A stretch of 64,000 nucleotides of DNA, taken from NCBI GenBank assembly GCA_000708835.1, contig DF237080.1:1-64000 (forward strand), written 5' to 3'. The first letter of the stretch is position 1. The number at the start of each line of letters is the position of its first letter. The notes under the pieces are model-generated. The model had not been told where the DNA came from. It saw only the letters and a list, made by a program, of their open reading frames with translations, and made no database searches. This document shows, piece by piece, positions 38,933 to 51,970 of this stretch. The position numbers were made by a program, and so were the translations under genes. This DNA comes from Klebsormidium nitens. Lineage: Eukaryota; Plantae; Klebsormidiophyceae.

Positions 38933-41900
38933 ATGGCTTCTTCGGCTCAGGTAAGGTTTTGCAGTCCTTCAAACTCATGTAAGTTGGCTCATGAGATGAC
39001 TGCTTTAAGCATTAAATGAGCTTTGCGGTTTGCGTGCGTTTCAAGCCCTGTTGCGGGGCAGTTTAAGGCAATGCCGTCTCGAGTTGGGGAACCATATATG
39101 CGATCTTACCTTTTGAAGGCCACAGAATGTGAATCTCTACTGATGCCGCAAGCTGATTCAGGAAGGGATTTCTGCGGGAACCGACCACAGAACACCATCT
39201 TTTTGAATGTTTAGCAGTACAAATTACTCTCACTCCTGTAAGATGACGACTCAGATTGCTGAAGTAAACTGCAACACTGGGCATCCCTTTTGCAACCGAG
39301 AAATGCACATCTTGAACGTCAGCTCTTTTGCATCAACTTGCCGCTTTCATCCTTGATTTGATGTCAGCAATGTTTTGGGGCAAATGCTGAGGCTCAAAAG
39401 CAGAGCCTTTGCGAGACTTTGCGAGCTGTCTCTGCATTCACACAGGGATTCCGCTGCAGGTGCCTGCGTCGAGCCCTGCCAGCCGCTTTGTGAAGGCCGT
39501 CGAGGAAGGAAAGCCCTGGATTGCGGTGGACGATCTTTGCCACCTCCTGGATCCAATCAACCCGGGAAACGGGTTCTCTGAGCAGGACTGGAAGGTTGCG
39601 GAGCTCAAGTCTACCAAGGCCTTCAGAAAGGTGAGAAGAGTTCCCAAAGAGCGTACTGTTGGTCTCGCCTTCTAAGATGGAATGTGTCTCACCTGTCCAC
39701 TGTAGTGGCTTGGTTTGCATTCGGCCCCAAAACGGGGTCTCGTCGACTTTTTCTTCAATTTTTTCAACCTAGCATTCAGCAGCTGAGGTATGCAGTTGCT
39801 TTCCAGTGGATGATGCATAAGAGGCGCACTTGATTGACCTTGATAGGCTACATCAACTTATCCTACTCAAGCATTCGCATCTTTCACCATTCACATCTTT
39901 AAGGTCGACAAGGCCTGGCACTAAGGGACTACACTTGCGTGCTCAGAAAATCTCTGGACTACCTTACCACCCTGCTTTTCATTTCGGGCCCTGTCCCGAC
40001 TCCTGGGACCCTCGATCCATCTGGAACGCCATTGGCAAGGACCCCCCGAAACTGTGATTATCTGTCACGATTGCAAACTGTTTCTTAAAGCAGGCTGCGA
40101 GATCCATTGCGGGCATTCTTTCCGTCTCAGGTCTTGCGCTTCGTGAACGACGATGATGCGGTGCGCGCTCTCCTCTCTGTGCTGACCTCCTCACATAGGG
40201 GGAGCCACGCAGACTGCATAAAGCTCTTGTGGTGCATAAGCGGGTTGTCGCTGGTCCCAAAGTTTGCGAAGCAGGTAAGCAACATCACAGCGCTTGGATC
40301 CAGCCACTTGCTAATCCTTTCGGTTCTGCCACTTATCAGTTTGCTGTGCATCAATGTCAAAAAAACATGCGCAGATATGGACAAAGAAGCATCACTACAT
40401 GCGTGGACCCAGGCGAGATTTTGCTTTACGAACTTAAATCCTCGATGGCAGAACTGGCTTCGGTCCCTAACGTCAGCAAGTCTTCGTGTTGTGTTCGTGG
40501 GTACTGGCGTTCGTCCAAAGCTGGCTACTGGCTTTCAACGAGCAGCTTCGAAGATCTGATCTAAAACAGGCTTGTTAGAACTCTTTTGTGGAGCGCTGTG
40601 GACTTCAGACCGCAACTGCTTCAAAGTGTCCAGTACATTCCTGAATTGCAGATGACCGCTTCTGGAAGGCGACTCCTCTCAAGAAAGAGCATTCTTCGCT
40701 GTTTCGGAGGTCGATCAGTCTAGCACACAAGATAACGAGATTTCCGTGCTCAGAATGAATGTTTGACAGGCCAAAGGCTCTTGTGCAGAGGTCAGAGGTT
40801 GTCTCAGCCTGCTCTCTGTCTTGTGCAATTTGTCAACCCATTACTTCGCCAAAAACCTGCTCCTTCTTCAGCTTTTTCCGCTGTGCCTCAGATCCCAAAC
40901 TAATTTCTCCTATCTTCCGCAGCTTACAGACTGCGGTGCTGCAGACGCTCTCGCCAACATCTGCCCTCATCACCTCGGGCTCAGCCAACCGGGGCTCCTC
41001 TCCGCAGCCGAATGGGAGCGCGGGGAGTTCTTCCCGGTCACCAGGCTCTACCTCGAGCTAATCGAGTTCCTTCTCAAAAACAGCCCGGGTTTTGCGGCGG
41101 GGGCCTTCGAGCACAGACTCTTCTCCCGGTTGATGCGGCTCTCTGTGCTCGACCCCCATCTCTTGCCGAGACTCTCCCCAAAGGCCGTCGGCGCCGGTGT
41201 CGCCTACGCTCAACGGCTCCTTCACACTTTTTTCGTCTTCTTCGAAGTGAAGCTGACGAACCAAGTGTTGGCCGAGGTCACCCTCTCCGAACTCGGTACC
41301 TGGCTCGATCGTCACTGGGCCTTCACAGCGGTAGTCCAACGGATTCTGCCCCCGACGGAAGCGAAAAGCTTTGTTACGTTTGCCGGCACCACCATCTACT
41401 TCACGCTCACGCTCCTCTGCTCGCGGAACGAGGAGCGGGAGTTGTTCACACCGGCCCAGTTGGCCCGCGTTCGCGGGCGCGTCGAACGGTGTCTCGAGCT
41501 GCAAGGCCCCCCCGGGAAACCGGAGTTTCGGGAGATGGTGGAAGACTGTCTTCGCATGATGGACACCGGGCAGATGAACCAGCCCTCCCCCTTCGACACG
41601 AGCAACTTCTTCACGCCGCCCGCTCCCGGAGAACCGTCCCGGCAAGCGCGCGCCCATAGGCTCCTCGCGAGTCTGGGTCCGAGCGCCAGCCACAAAAAAG
41701 GGAGGTTGCGGGAGCTGGTTGACGTCGTCGTGAGCTCCAAGTGGGTCCACTCGGACGGCGAGGAGCTGACACGTGGCGGCGCCCTGTGGACGCTCTTCCG
41801 GCTGCTGGAAACGGACGTCGCGAAACTAGAGCGGCAGCGCGCCCGCCCCGGGCCGTCGCGGACGGGGCTGGTCCTGCGCGCCATGTCCTCGATCCTCGGG

Positions 41901-44585
41901 GTCGGGACGGAGCTCCTTCTCCGTTCCGCCCTCTTCCGGACGGAATCCCCGGACGGTCTTGAGGGCTTCGGACCGCGGCTCCTCGAGTGGGCGTTGCCGA
42001 CGTTCGAATCCCTGGCTCCCATAAACCGCGCGGACGTTCTTCAGGTCCTTTTCGCCTCGTTCCAAACCTTCCCCCGGGCGAAGTGGGCCGCCCGGCACAA
42101 GCTCGTGGGCCTCCCTTTGAGGGTTCTCCAGGAACCGGTCGAGAACTTCATTTTCGGCCGGTTGGTGTGGATGTGTCTCGCTTCTCTAGTTCTCTTCCTC
42201 CCCGACTATAACCCGCAAGTGGTCGCCCAAATGGACGCCTGCGAGCGGACCTTTCTTAGGCGGGGCGCGCTAATGGCCGCAGGGGACGAGTATCGAGCGT
42301 TAATCGACACCCTCGCGGCGGAGATCGACGGCGGGCGCGCGACGTGGCCGCCGGAAGCGCGGGCCGGTGACGTCACCGTCGAAGCAATCAGAGTTTTCAA
42401 CCGGGCGACCCTGCGGAAAGTGGACCACAAAAGCGCGTGCTGTGAGGCGGCCACCGTTTTCTTGTCGACCTTCCGCGACCCCGCTGTTCTCGAACAGTGT
42501 TTACTCCCGGCCGTCGAGGCGGTGATCCCGCTCGTGAGAAAGACCCATGGAGAGTTTGCCGAAGGGGTCTGGGACGGGGGGGTGCATTTGGGGCCGTCTC
42601 CAGTGGAAGACGACCCCCTCGAAACGAGTCTGAGAGCGGGACTCTCGCTGAAACACGGCCTGCGCCTCGCGGAGGCGATCTTCGAACGCGCCGCGGAAGC
42701 GAAGCTCGAGGTGGGCGAGCGCACGCTCTGGCGCGTGCGCACGGAAGCGCTCCAGACGCTGACGTCAGTCCTCGGCCTCCTGCTGACGTCACACCGAGCG
42801 CACCCCTCAGAGCGCGCCCCGTTCTTGCGTAAGGTGGGGGAGGCAGGGGGCGTCGAGCTAACGGCCGAGATTCTGCGGAAGGAGCCGCGGGTCCGCCTTG
42901 CGCTGGCCACGTGTCACAGGGATAACAATGCCACGTTGCTCAAGGAGTGGGTTCCGGGGATGCTGGAGCTCGCGCGCGACTTGTGGGACGAGCTTGCGGC
43001 GGAGTTCTGGTTTCTAGAATGCAGCAATAAGGTGAGCAGACGGCGCTGCTCATGTTCTCCTGTGCTCAATGCCTTGTCTGTCCAGGACCGAATTGTCTGA
43101 TCCGATCGCGTTTCTCCACTGGGCTTAACCAAGCCCGGTCCGAACATCAGAATTCAGAGCTGTGTTGCGGAAGGAACGGAGTAGGCGGTCTCAGAGCAGA
43201 ATTGCGAAGTTTGTTCTAAACGAGCATCAATTATAATTAGCAGAGATTTGGGTCGTCTTTGAGGTGCGGGCAGTGAGCTTTCAGTTTTGCTGTTCTTAGC
43301 CCTTTCTTCGCATGACAGTTTATCATGAACGGGTCTGCCCTCCTCGTACCTTAGTGGCCTGACCCGTAACCGGTTACCGAGGGGAAACGTTTCTTCCTTG
43401 AGAGAGGCATGGTGAAGCGGGTCGTCGCTTTGGCTGATTCTTGTTGTTGTTCTTCGTTGTGCGGCAACCTAGTTGCCTGCCGCCGTTCATACTCTCGTGA
43501 AGTGTCGTTGTTACGGTGGACTCGACGGTTTGTCTGCTAAGCATCTCGAAACGCTTGCCCAGTACTCCCGCACAGTACTCCCAGTGATCCCGCTCTCTCA
43601 CAACAGAATTACCGAAGGTAGTCGAGTTCCGGCATCGTCGTCCCGTTTCTTTGAGGACGTGGAGACGGATTGGCTGATTGCTGACGAATTTAAAGAGATT
43701 CTTGATTCATCCGGCACTGAGGTGATGTTTCACACGATTTGACACTGTCTCTTTCACAGAAATGCGAGCGGGACATGGTGGAGACAGTCAGGAAGACGTT
43801 CAAGCGGTGCAGCGGGTGCCAAAAAGCGCAGTATTGCTCAAAAGATTGTCAGGTGAGGCCTCTGTAGATGTTCAAGGTTCACAGCTATCTCTTCTTTGAT
43901 TCCTCTTGAAATTTCAGACCCCAAAATTCTCTGCAAATCAGCTCCCGGTGTAAGGCAAAGAAATCCCTCCCCGCTTTCGAGCTTAAGATTCAAACGGGAG
44001 CTGTCGACGTCGTTGCACGGGCTATGTCTGGTTCTTTCTGAGTATTTGTCAATAGATTCCACGCCGAAAACCACACACAATTGGCTGGGCGGCAGGAATC
44101 AGGCTGTGTCTGGATATCGCTTTTTGAACGGCCACAGAGATATTCGAAACTAGCTGTAAGCACTGAAGAATACGTATTCGCAGTCCTCGAAGTTCTGCGC
44201 CTACTGAAGGATACTTGCAGATGCCAATGCCAAAGAGAGCGGCTTCCTTTCGCAAACGAACTCTTTGTTTCGGCGTCGAGCAATCTTTGTTGACAGGAGT
44301 GCGCAACGCCCAGTGCTTTGAAAGGATCTAAACAGACAGTTTTCATTCCCCCTGTTTGTCAGGACAGGCTGCTTTAAACTGCTTGCTAAGCTCCAAAGGT
44401 ACCAGGATGTTGCTGCCTTGCCAATTCTGGGTATGTACGCAGTCGGCGAAGAAAGCAGCAGCCTTTCTTTCACTTGTCACCTTGTCACTGACGATGCTCT
44501 TTTTGTCTCTCAGCTTAGGCACTGGAAACACGGGCACAAGGCGGACTGCCGAAAAGTAGCTCAATCTGCAGCGCCGGGGAATTAG
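38933..44585 (+). CDS. MYND-type zinc-finger protein with a long helical (ARM/HEAT-like) N-terminal region, 6 exons, ~868 aa
   Basis: Phase-0 exons 38933-38950, 39460-39630, 40131-40274, 40923-43031, 43760-43852, 44514-44585. Splicing reconstitutes ECSNKKCERDMVETVRKTFKRCSGCQKAQYCSKDCQLRHWKHGHKADC, a canonical MYND pattern. The ARM/HEAT call rests only on Leu/Ala-rich amphipathic composition. Confidence 0.85.
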
Positions 44586-46037
44586 TAAGTTATGTCTTGA
44601 GCAACACTTCGACTGAAGAGTTCAATTGGTTGAGAGGTCGTCAGTACTTAGGTAACACTGACCGAGGCAACTGCGAGGAAAAGTTTGCGGACCCTTTCTG
44701 GTTAGGCCTGGTTTCTCTAGCAAGCAATCTGGCCGTAACCAGACAATCGAGGCACTACGTTCCTCTCTTGAGCCAAAAGGAATATGCAAGCAAACACGGT
44801 GATTCGTTCATGGTGGCCCTTGTGGTATTACTGATTCTGTTTTGACTTGAATATTGTTCTGGTGCACCTTGTTCAAAGAACAGAAAAGGTATTGCGCCCT
44901 TTGTATGAAAAGCGGTCCGTTGTTGGATACGAAGGCGCAGCCCATGCTCAGCCTTTTGCAGCAATGGATGTTAGCAAAGCAGAAGCTCAACGATTCCCAC
45001 ATTCAAGACCGTCGTACGCACAAGTATATGAGTATTTTATTTGTCCTGATACACCAGGCAGCTCTTCGTTACATGACCGTCAGTACTGATTTTTGAAACT
45101 GCTTGGGATTTCCAGCATGGTTGGGGCAGGCCATAGCGGGCCGGGATATTAATCAGGACGGTTGCTGTCGCCCGGCTCTTGGCGGCCATATACCTACCGA
45201 GACGCAAAGCATAATGGTATGCACCGAAAGACATACGTCACTATAATCATATGGTCTTCTGCAATGTCCCTACAGGCGCAAAATCTTACTAGCTGTGATA
45301 TTGACATGCACCATATAGTGCCAAACAACTATACGACCTGCCAGCCGACGGTAATGAAACAAATGATCGAAGACATGCGTTCCACATCATCGCAGTGTCA
45401 TTGAAATACAAATATCAATTGAGAAGTTTATGAAATGTCATTGCGAGCTTCGTGGGCCTGCATGTATTTTGGACAGCGCAACCGGCCCACAACCTCCAAT
45501 CAGTTATGAAAGGTGATCAGAAACTTAGTCGTAGTTTGAATGCTTGAGAACGATCGATAAGCCGCGCCATGCCACACTGCAACATATCATGTCAACGTGC
45601 CGCGCATGACTTGGACATGTAAAGTAAAAGGTTCGCGCTTGCAACGAACTGCGCAATCACATTCGGACGGTCACTAGATGATGGCGTTGATAAGGATATA
45701 TAAGCCCTCTTCCACTGAAACATCAAAATTGTCTAGTATGGGGAATCGTGTTTGAACTCCGGGCGCCCCTGGAGTTATTAGAGCCGAAAGCCTCCAGATC
45801 TAGAATACGAATTCTATCTGTAAACAGCACAAAGTGATTACTTCATGACTATTCCTGCTTCCTAAGAAAAGCTCCTCGAAATCAAGTGCCTCTCTGCAAA
45901 ACAATGATTCAAAAGCGCTGCCAAGGCGTTCCCCCTTGTCTCCGCCACGTGTTCCTTCACCCAGCAAGCTCGCGTGCCGCTTCGACTAACCAGGATTATG
46001 TCAACTATTTTGGGTAGTTTAGTCTAAACAGGGTGGT

Positions 46038-47804
46038 TTAGACTGGCACGAGGACCAGGTTGGAAGTCTGCTGCAGCTGCCAGACGCGCGCGCCGTTGAC
46101 GAGGTTGAAGCGCCAGATCGAGTCAGCGTTCAGAGTGTACTTTGCGGTGTACACCGTGATGTGCACGCTCGCCACGCGGGGGTCGTTGTTGTCCAAAAAG
46201 TGGTACTGGGAGATCTGGAAGAAGCAGGGGGAAAGCGTGTGAGATCGTGTAACGATGCAAGGGTTGACACGTGGTGGATTCGCAACGCTCCTCAGAGCTA
46301 CCGGCTACGGTATTCAGTTGACAACGAGTCTGCCTTCTGACTCGGTTGCACTTGAAGGCCGCATGGAGGAAAGAGTTCAAAGTGAAGACGGAAGCCTAAG
46401 CCACGAGAAGAATGGGCGCCATGATTTCCGAAAGAGTCAACCTTTTTCTCGTCGCCTTTTCTGAAAGTGACAGTAGTAGTTCACTTTTGGAGAAAGGTGC
46501 AAAAAACGTGGATAGAAGTGCTTTATCGAAATGTAAATCCGCAACGAAAGCTTGTATCGGTGCAGAAAACCACCGATATGACGTCACAGCACCCATTAGC
46601 AAAACGGATTAAGAATTAATCGAAGCTGCCCAGGTCTTTTTGCAGATCACTCAATCCTCTCTACCTAGCGGTATACGAGGAAGTTAAGGTGTCAGCAAGC
46701 TTGTCAACGAAGGAAGCCTTTAAGCCAGTACGTGTGCAAACAAGGATTGTCATGCTAATCTTTATCAAGGAAGCCTCTCTCAAATGAGCGGTGAGACTCC
46801 GGTTTCTCAAGCCTGTAAGATCAAACTCTGCAATCATTTCTACATTTCAACTTTGTCCTCTTACCTGGAAGAGGGCAGACTTGTCCGCCCCAGCGGGGAA
46901 CACCAGGACGTCCGCAACGAACTGCGCGATTGCCGCCGTGTCCGAGATGGGGTGCGGACCGTCCTGGAGCGCAATGGACGCGGCCGGCTCCACAAAGCGT
47001 CCGAAGACCGTCGCGTCGCCGTCCGCAATTCCGCCCAACAGCGACCGGAGGCTGTTGCCGATGCCGCGCAGGGAGCGCGCGAGGATGCCGGCCTCGTCCA
47101 CCTGGAACGTCTCCTGGCCTGTAGGGGATGGACACGTGTCCGTCAGACAGTGAGCGAAATACGTGGGCATGAGAGTTGGTATGATGAGCTGCAGATAATC
47201 TGATGAAGTTTTCGTGTTGCTCTGAGGACTTTGATTCGTAGACTTCTGAAATCTGGCTTACTTACTAGGTGATTCACTTGGGCGTACTGACCAGAGTCTC
47301 TTGCTCGAGCTGTGAGCAATCCAACTCCTCACAAAATTGTGGGTTATTAGCAAGAGCTGCAATTCAAATTCTGTCGACTTTCAAAGTCTCGCTGAGAGCC
47401 TCTCGGCCAAGTCTCTGAAGGCCCAGAGAGTACCTCGGTTCCCAGCGAGTTACAGCTTTCATGATCAGACATCATGAACCCGATTCTGAGCCACTCCACT
47501 GCAATTGCATATACCAGGAATTGTTACCAGTTGCCTGCGTAGCATTGCACCGCCCTAACACATTGCTTGAATGCTTGAAAACCCGGATCAGGGGCCACAT
47601 TAAGTTGACAGTACTGGAGCCAAACCTTGTCACCCTACCTTTGGTGCAAAACAGCGCGCTCCCATCCGCGTTGAAGTTGGGGTTGTACCCCAGCTCGAAG
47701 GGGCACAGAGTTGAGTCAGGGACGGCTGCTGCAAACCCGGAGGCCATCAGCAGGACGAGAGCCGCAATTGCGGGGGCGGCAGCGAGCTTCATGGCACCAG
47801 CCAT
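46038..47804 (-). CDS. Small secreted protein, paralog A (~198 aa); possible NTF2/SnoaL-like fold
   Basis: Phase-consistent exons 47804-47639, 47118-46865, 46214-46038. It has a hydrophobic signal-peptide-like N-terminus (MAGAMKLAAAPAIAALVLLMASGFAAA) and a Cys pair. Helices followed by alternating beta-strands ending WRFNLVNGARVWQLQQTSNLVLV suggest an NTF2-like fold; the fold call is low-confidence inference. Confidence 0.75.
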
Positions 47805-48008
47805 TGTGACGTAGAGCTGACGTTGAATATTGAGGCCCTTTTAAAAGAGATGGTTGCAGGCTGTGGGAGCTTGAGAAGACGTGGGGGCTTGGGAGGGCAG
47901 GGTTGATGTTGCGTACTTTCGGAAGGATGAGCAGTTTAGGAGACAGTGGCGAGGCGAAGGATCAAGTCTGGCTCTGAAGTGTTGGAAAATGAGAAGCCAG
48001 GGACCGGG

Positions 48009-48016
48009 TATATATA
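48009..48016 (-). promoter_or_regulatory. TATA-like box of paralog A
   Basis: TATATATA about 205 bp upstream of the ATG, conserved in the same context (gggaccgggtatatatagt) in paralog B. Confidence 0.5.
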
Positions 48017-48860
48017 GTGAGTCCTCCGGATATTGCCAGTCACAATCACTGACTGGTCTGCTGGTCTGCGCTGAGACGACTCAACAAGTCTTGATTGTAA
48101 TGGGAACGGCTCACGCAGTGAGAGCTCAGCCAAGTTGCAGATTCCCAGGATAGCAAGTCAATTCAGCCGTTGTTGCCAAACGTATTCATGCAGTAGAAGC
48201 GCTGTACATCTAGAAGAGTGGAACGGGATGAGTCAACTCGTCTGTCAAGGCCAGCTTTGCGGCGTGCTACCGCCTCAGGATTGCATCCACGGATCTTACT
48301 AGAAGTGTCCAACTGTTGACCGAAATTCAAGTCAAGAGTGCTTGCAGAATTAACTTTGCCTTGCAGTTGAGTCTACTCTGAGGAATCTTGGCGCAGCTGG
48401 GTTGGAAGCTCACACTGCAGGAGTGGCAGCGAGAATTCAGTCGCTGGAAGGCCATTGACCGCTTATTCAGTAGATTGTACTCGGACTCTGACAGCGAAAC
48501 CGCGTCATGATGATGCAATTCGAGCCTTCAAGCGGATGGGCTCAATGGGTCATTGGTCGAATGCATTGAATGCAAGCGCATGACGTCGACATGATCCTGT
48601 TGCCGACATGGTCCTTGTGCCATTCGGAGTCAAGCAGCTGAAAAAATACCGGAGCTAGCAGTCAACGATGACGTTTCGCCGCCGAGGGATCCCTCGAGTT
48701 CACGCCGGTGCCGGGAGCGGTCCGGCGGAATCCGGTGGAGGGTCAGAATCGACGGTGCAAGAATGCAGAGCAACAGACAGCTGCAGAAGGCACAGAACCG
48801 TGACAGAGCAGGGGGTCCTTAGTGGACAGCGCAAGGCGGCAACCTGGCCCAAGCAAGGCA

Positions 48861-49976
48861 ATGGCAACAGCAAGTTTCCTCAAGAATACCCAGCTTTCTG
48901 GAGCGAGTCCCTGTCAGAAAGTGGTCGCGTCATTAGGCGGCGCCTTCTTGGACAGAACGGGCCTGGCTGGGCACTCGTCAAAGCTGCGCTGTGCTAACAG
49001 TACCAGCCTGGAATGCCTTGCTCCTACAAGCACTATTTCCAAGAGGTGTGGACTGGTTGACATTTTTAGGCAGGGCACGCGGACTGACTTTCGTGGGGTG
49101 CCTGGAGTTGCTGTCTTGTCTTGTAAAGGAACGGGGTCAAGTCAATGGCATGCTGAAAGTGATGCTTGTAAGAAAGCCTCCCAGAGGCCTGTTGTGACTG
49201 CATCAGCGAGCCAGAGAGGGTGGCTGGAAAGAGCAGAAGCCGGTGATGCGGAGAAGCTGATTGAGGATCAGGAGGAACGGGAGAACACCCGGAAAGCAGC
49301 ATCTGCAATTGACTTCACTGACAAGAAGCTGTGCACAGATTGCGGGGTCCGGAAGCCCCTGCGGAACTTCGAAAAGCTTGTCACGAGTGCCGATGGGAGA
49401 CACCTTTCGTGCCGAGCGTGCCGAGCGTGCCTCGCCAAGCGCCGGGCGCAGGAGCAGGGCAGTGAACTGTATCACCTTGCTATGCCAGTGACTGAAGCAT
49501 GGGCGCAACCAAGGGCATGCCATCAGTGCAAGCAAGTCCAGGAGTTGCGTGACTTTGCTCGTCGCTCGCAAAGCAAGGATGGTCTCAGACCATACTGCCG
49601 AAGCTGTGCCAGTGACGATAATCATAGATGGTCCGAACAGACCTCCAGTGTGCCTTTTGCTGAAACAGCGACGTGCCCTAAGTGTGAGCAGCAGAAGCGC
49701 GCCGACGAGTTCTACATTCGAAAACGTCACAGACATAAGCTGGCGTCTTGGTGTAAGACCTGCACTAAGCAGGCTACTAGAGAACAGAAAGCAAGAGCTA
49801 GAGCAGCCGGGAATTACATTGAAAGAATCGATAAGGTCTGCAGGGTATGTCTCGTAAACAAGCCCAGAGAGTCATTCGGAATTCAAAGCAATAAAAGAGA
49901 CGGCCTTCAAGATTACTGCAAACAGTGCAGTGTTCTTCAGGGAATATCACGGAAACGCTCGTCGAACGAGGCATGA
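48861..49976 (+). CDS. Intronless protein (~371 aa) with four tandem CxxC...CxxC zinc ribbons and a putative plastid transit peptide
   Basis: Repeats: CTDCGVRKPLRNFEKLVTSADGRHLSCRAC, CHQCKQVQELRDFARRSQSKDGLRPYCRSC, CPKCEQQKRADEFYIRKRHRHKLASWCKTC, CRVCLVNKPRESFGIQSNKRDGLQDYCKQC. The N-terminal ~115 aa are Ser/Thr/Ala/Arg-rich and acid-poor, ending VVTASAS. The ORF track starts at a GTG (48822); the first ATG is 48861. Confidence 0.8.
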   Translation: MATASFLKNTQLSGASPCQKVVASLGGAFLDRTGLAGHSSKLRCANSTSLECLAPTSTISKRCGLVDIFRQGTRTDFRGVPGVAVLSCKGTGSSQWHAESDACKKASQRPVVTASASQRGWLERAEAGDAEKLIEDQEERENTRKAASAIDFTDKKLCTDCGVRKPLRNFEKLVTSADGRHLSCRACRACLAKRRAQEQGSELYHLAMPVTEAWAQPRACHQCKQVQELRDFARRSQSKDGLRPYCRSCASDDNHRWSEQTSSVPFAETATCPKCEQQKRADEFYIRKRHRHKLASWCKTCTKQATREQKARARAAGNYIERIDKVCRVCLVNKPRESFGIQSNKRDGLQDYCKQCSVLQGISRKRSSNEA

Positions 49977-51895
49977 GCCAAAGCTCAAGCTCTGGCATTG
50001 CTTCAAAGAGCGGTAAGAGCGAATCCTTCTTCTTGATGTGTATCATTCACCTTGTTTTCGGTTAGAAGGTTGTCTACTTCTATAACAGACTTTTCAGCAA
50101 ATTAGCTTCGGTGAGCGCAATCTGGACATTGCCTTAGATTTTAAGTCCTTTGATTATGCCATCAACAACACCGTGCTTTTTCAAAGCTTATCCTTTTTCC
50201 TTGGCGCTAAAGCAGAATCAGGTTGCTGCCGCTGATTAAGTGCCTGTTTGCACGTTGTTATTTGCTTGAATAACAGAATCAACCAAGCAATAATCATGGC
50301 AACCGCAAAGAAAGAGGCAATGTGATCTTACGGTTTGCAAAAGGGGAGGTTCTGCAATAGATGCATGCCAGCAGTTAAATTCTGAGTGACGCCCTTTTTC
50401 CCTGATACTCATTCAAGGGTCGTCCGCTGACATCACGTTAGCACTTTGGCAGGCACGCTGCGCCGTCCAGCGCTCTGCTACATGGTCCGCTGCAGACACA
50501 CATATATTTGGATTGAAAGCGTTGACGGACGGTAAGTGGACTTGCACTCGGGTATTCGCTCGATTCATGCCTTCTTTGCATCCACTTCCTGGACTACATG
50601 TCTAGTTTAGTTCCCGGATACACCAACTTTTCCTCCGCTCCATTCTTTGCCCAAAAGCTCCACAGATGATATGATGGAGTCAAAAGGGCGTCTTTGGGCA
50701 TCTGAGTAGCCTAATCCCGAACCGGCTTTTGCAAATCTCCTGCTAGTTCCTCGGAGGATTTTCAAAAGCGGTTCATTCTCTTTGGCTGATGCGTGCGCTG
50801 GCTTCTTCTCTTGGGCAATTCAGTCGTTCCATTCTGGGGCCGCCTCGTATTCGCACAAAGATTTGATGATATGACGGATCTGACCATGCGCAAGTTGCCC
50901 GCTCCTTTGCTAAGCACATCGAAAAAGCTGCCTGCCAACCTCAAAACAGTTGATCGAGTCTCGCTCTTCCGACCATGTCGACCAAAGTCTTACGAGACTT
51001 AGCGTTACCCTATAAAAGACGTGAGGCCAATTGGCTGTTGGGTGCCATTTAAAGGAACCCGTCCAGATCCTCGGCGTCGGACCTTGTTTTCACTGTATTC
51101 ACATTGCCTCGTCCCCAGGATTGCGAGCAGGATATGGGGAAAACCGTTAGGAAGACGGCAAGCGGTGCAGCGGATGCCAGAAAGTGCAGTAAAGCTTTTC
51201 GAAGGAGTGTCAGGTGAGGTCTTACAAACTTTCAGGCTTTTCGCTTATCCGTTTTTCAATCTTTTCAGGGTTGGTTCGCTTGACGCCATGGCCTTTTGCA
51301 ACACAGATCTGGTCTGAAGCATCGTATCCTTCTAGCCTTGTAGCTTGACGCTTCGAGTGGTTGTAGTTGCTCGGACCCGGATTCCATGTCGTGTCTGGAT
51401 CTTTTCTCCACATTTCTTCTCGTCAGGGAAGCTACTTCAGAAAGAGATGCGATTAAGCTACTGCACGACACCGCGTCATCCGACTAGGCGGCAAGAAACA
51501 GGCTGACTATCTGAAATATTCATTGCTTGACTGGCCACTCCGATGTTCCAAAATAGCTGGAAGCACTTACAAATCCGCTTTACGCGGTCCTTGAATACTT
51601 CACTACTGGATGTTCGCAACAAAGCAGCAACTGCAATTCTTCCTAAAAATCGGGCTGTTTTTTTCCTCTTTGACAGCAACGCCAGGCATCTGTTATGATC
51701 ACCAGTCGACTTGCGCTAGCAGAATGATCTTCGACTAGTCTTACAAGTCCTTGTTTCTCCTTTTTGGTGCTTCATAAGTGCTTCATAAAGTCCAGCAACA
51801 TTGGGGATTTGCGGCCGAGCCAGATCTGGACTTACATGCAGTCAACGAAGAAAGCTCCATGTGTGTCACTGACTCTATCCTGTTCGCTCAACCAG

Positions 51896-51970
51896 GCGAG
51901 GCACTGGAAACGGGGCACAAGGCGGAGTGCCGAAAAGAAGCTCAGTCTGCGGCGCCAGAGAGGTCATAAC
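51896..51970 (+). pseudogene. Orphan, frameshifted copy of the MYND gene's last exon
   Basis: aggcactggaaacggggcacaaggcggagtgccgaaaag versus the functional aggcactggaaacacgggcacaaggcggactgccgaaaag: a 1-nt deletion, with no upstream MYND exons. Confidence 0.8.

Larger units (their letters stand above)
44088..48450. repeat. Segmental duplication, copy A (~4.4 kb); direct repeat of 51487-55562
   Basis: Collinear anchors: ggcggcargaawcaggctg (44088/51487), the MYND last exon (44514/51896), the secreted-protein gene, TATATATA (48009/55103) and tggcagcragaattcagycgctggaag (~48423/~55537). Outer boundaries are approximate. Confidence 0.85.

Noticed and set aside
43473-43742. 89-aa ORF as an extra MYND exon
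   Set aside because: Joining 43031 directly to 43760 restores the CSNxxC start of the MYND finger, so this ORF lies in the intron.
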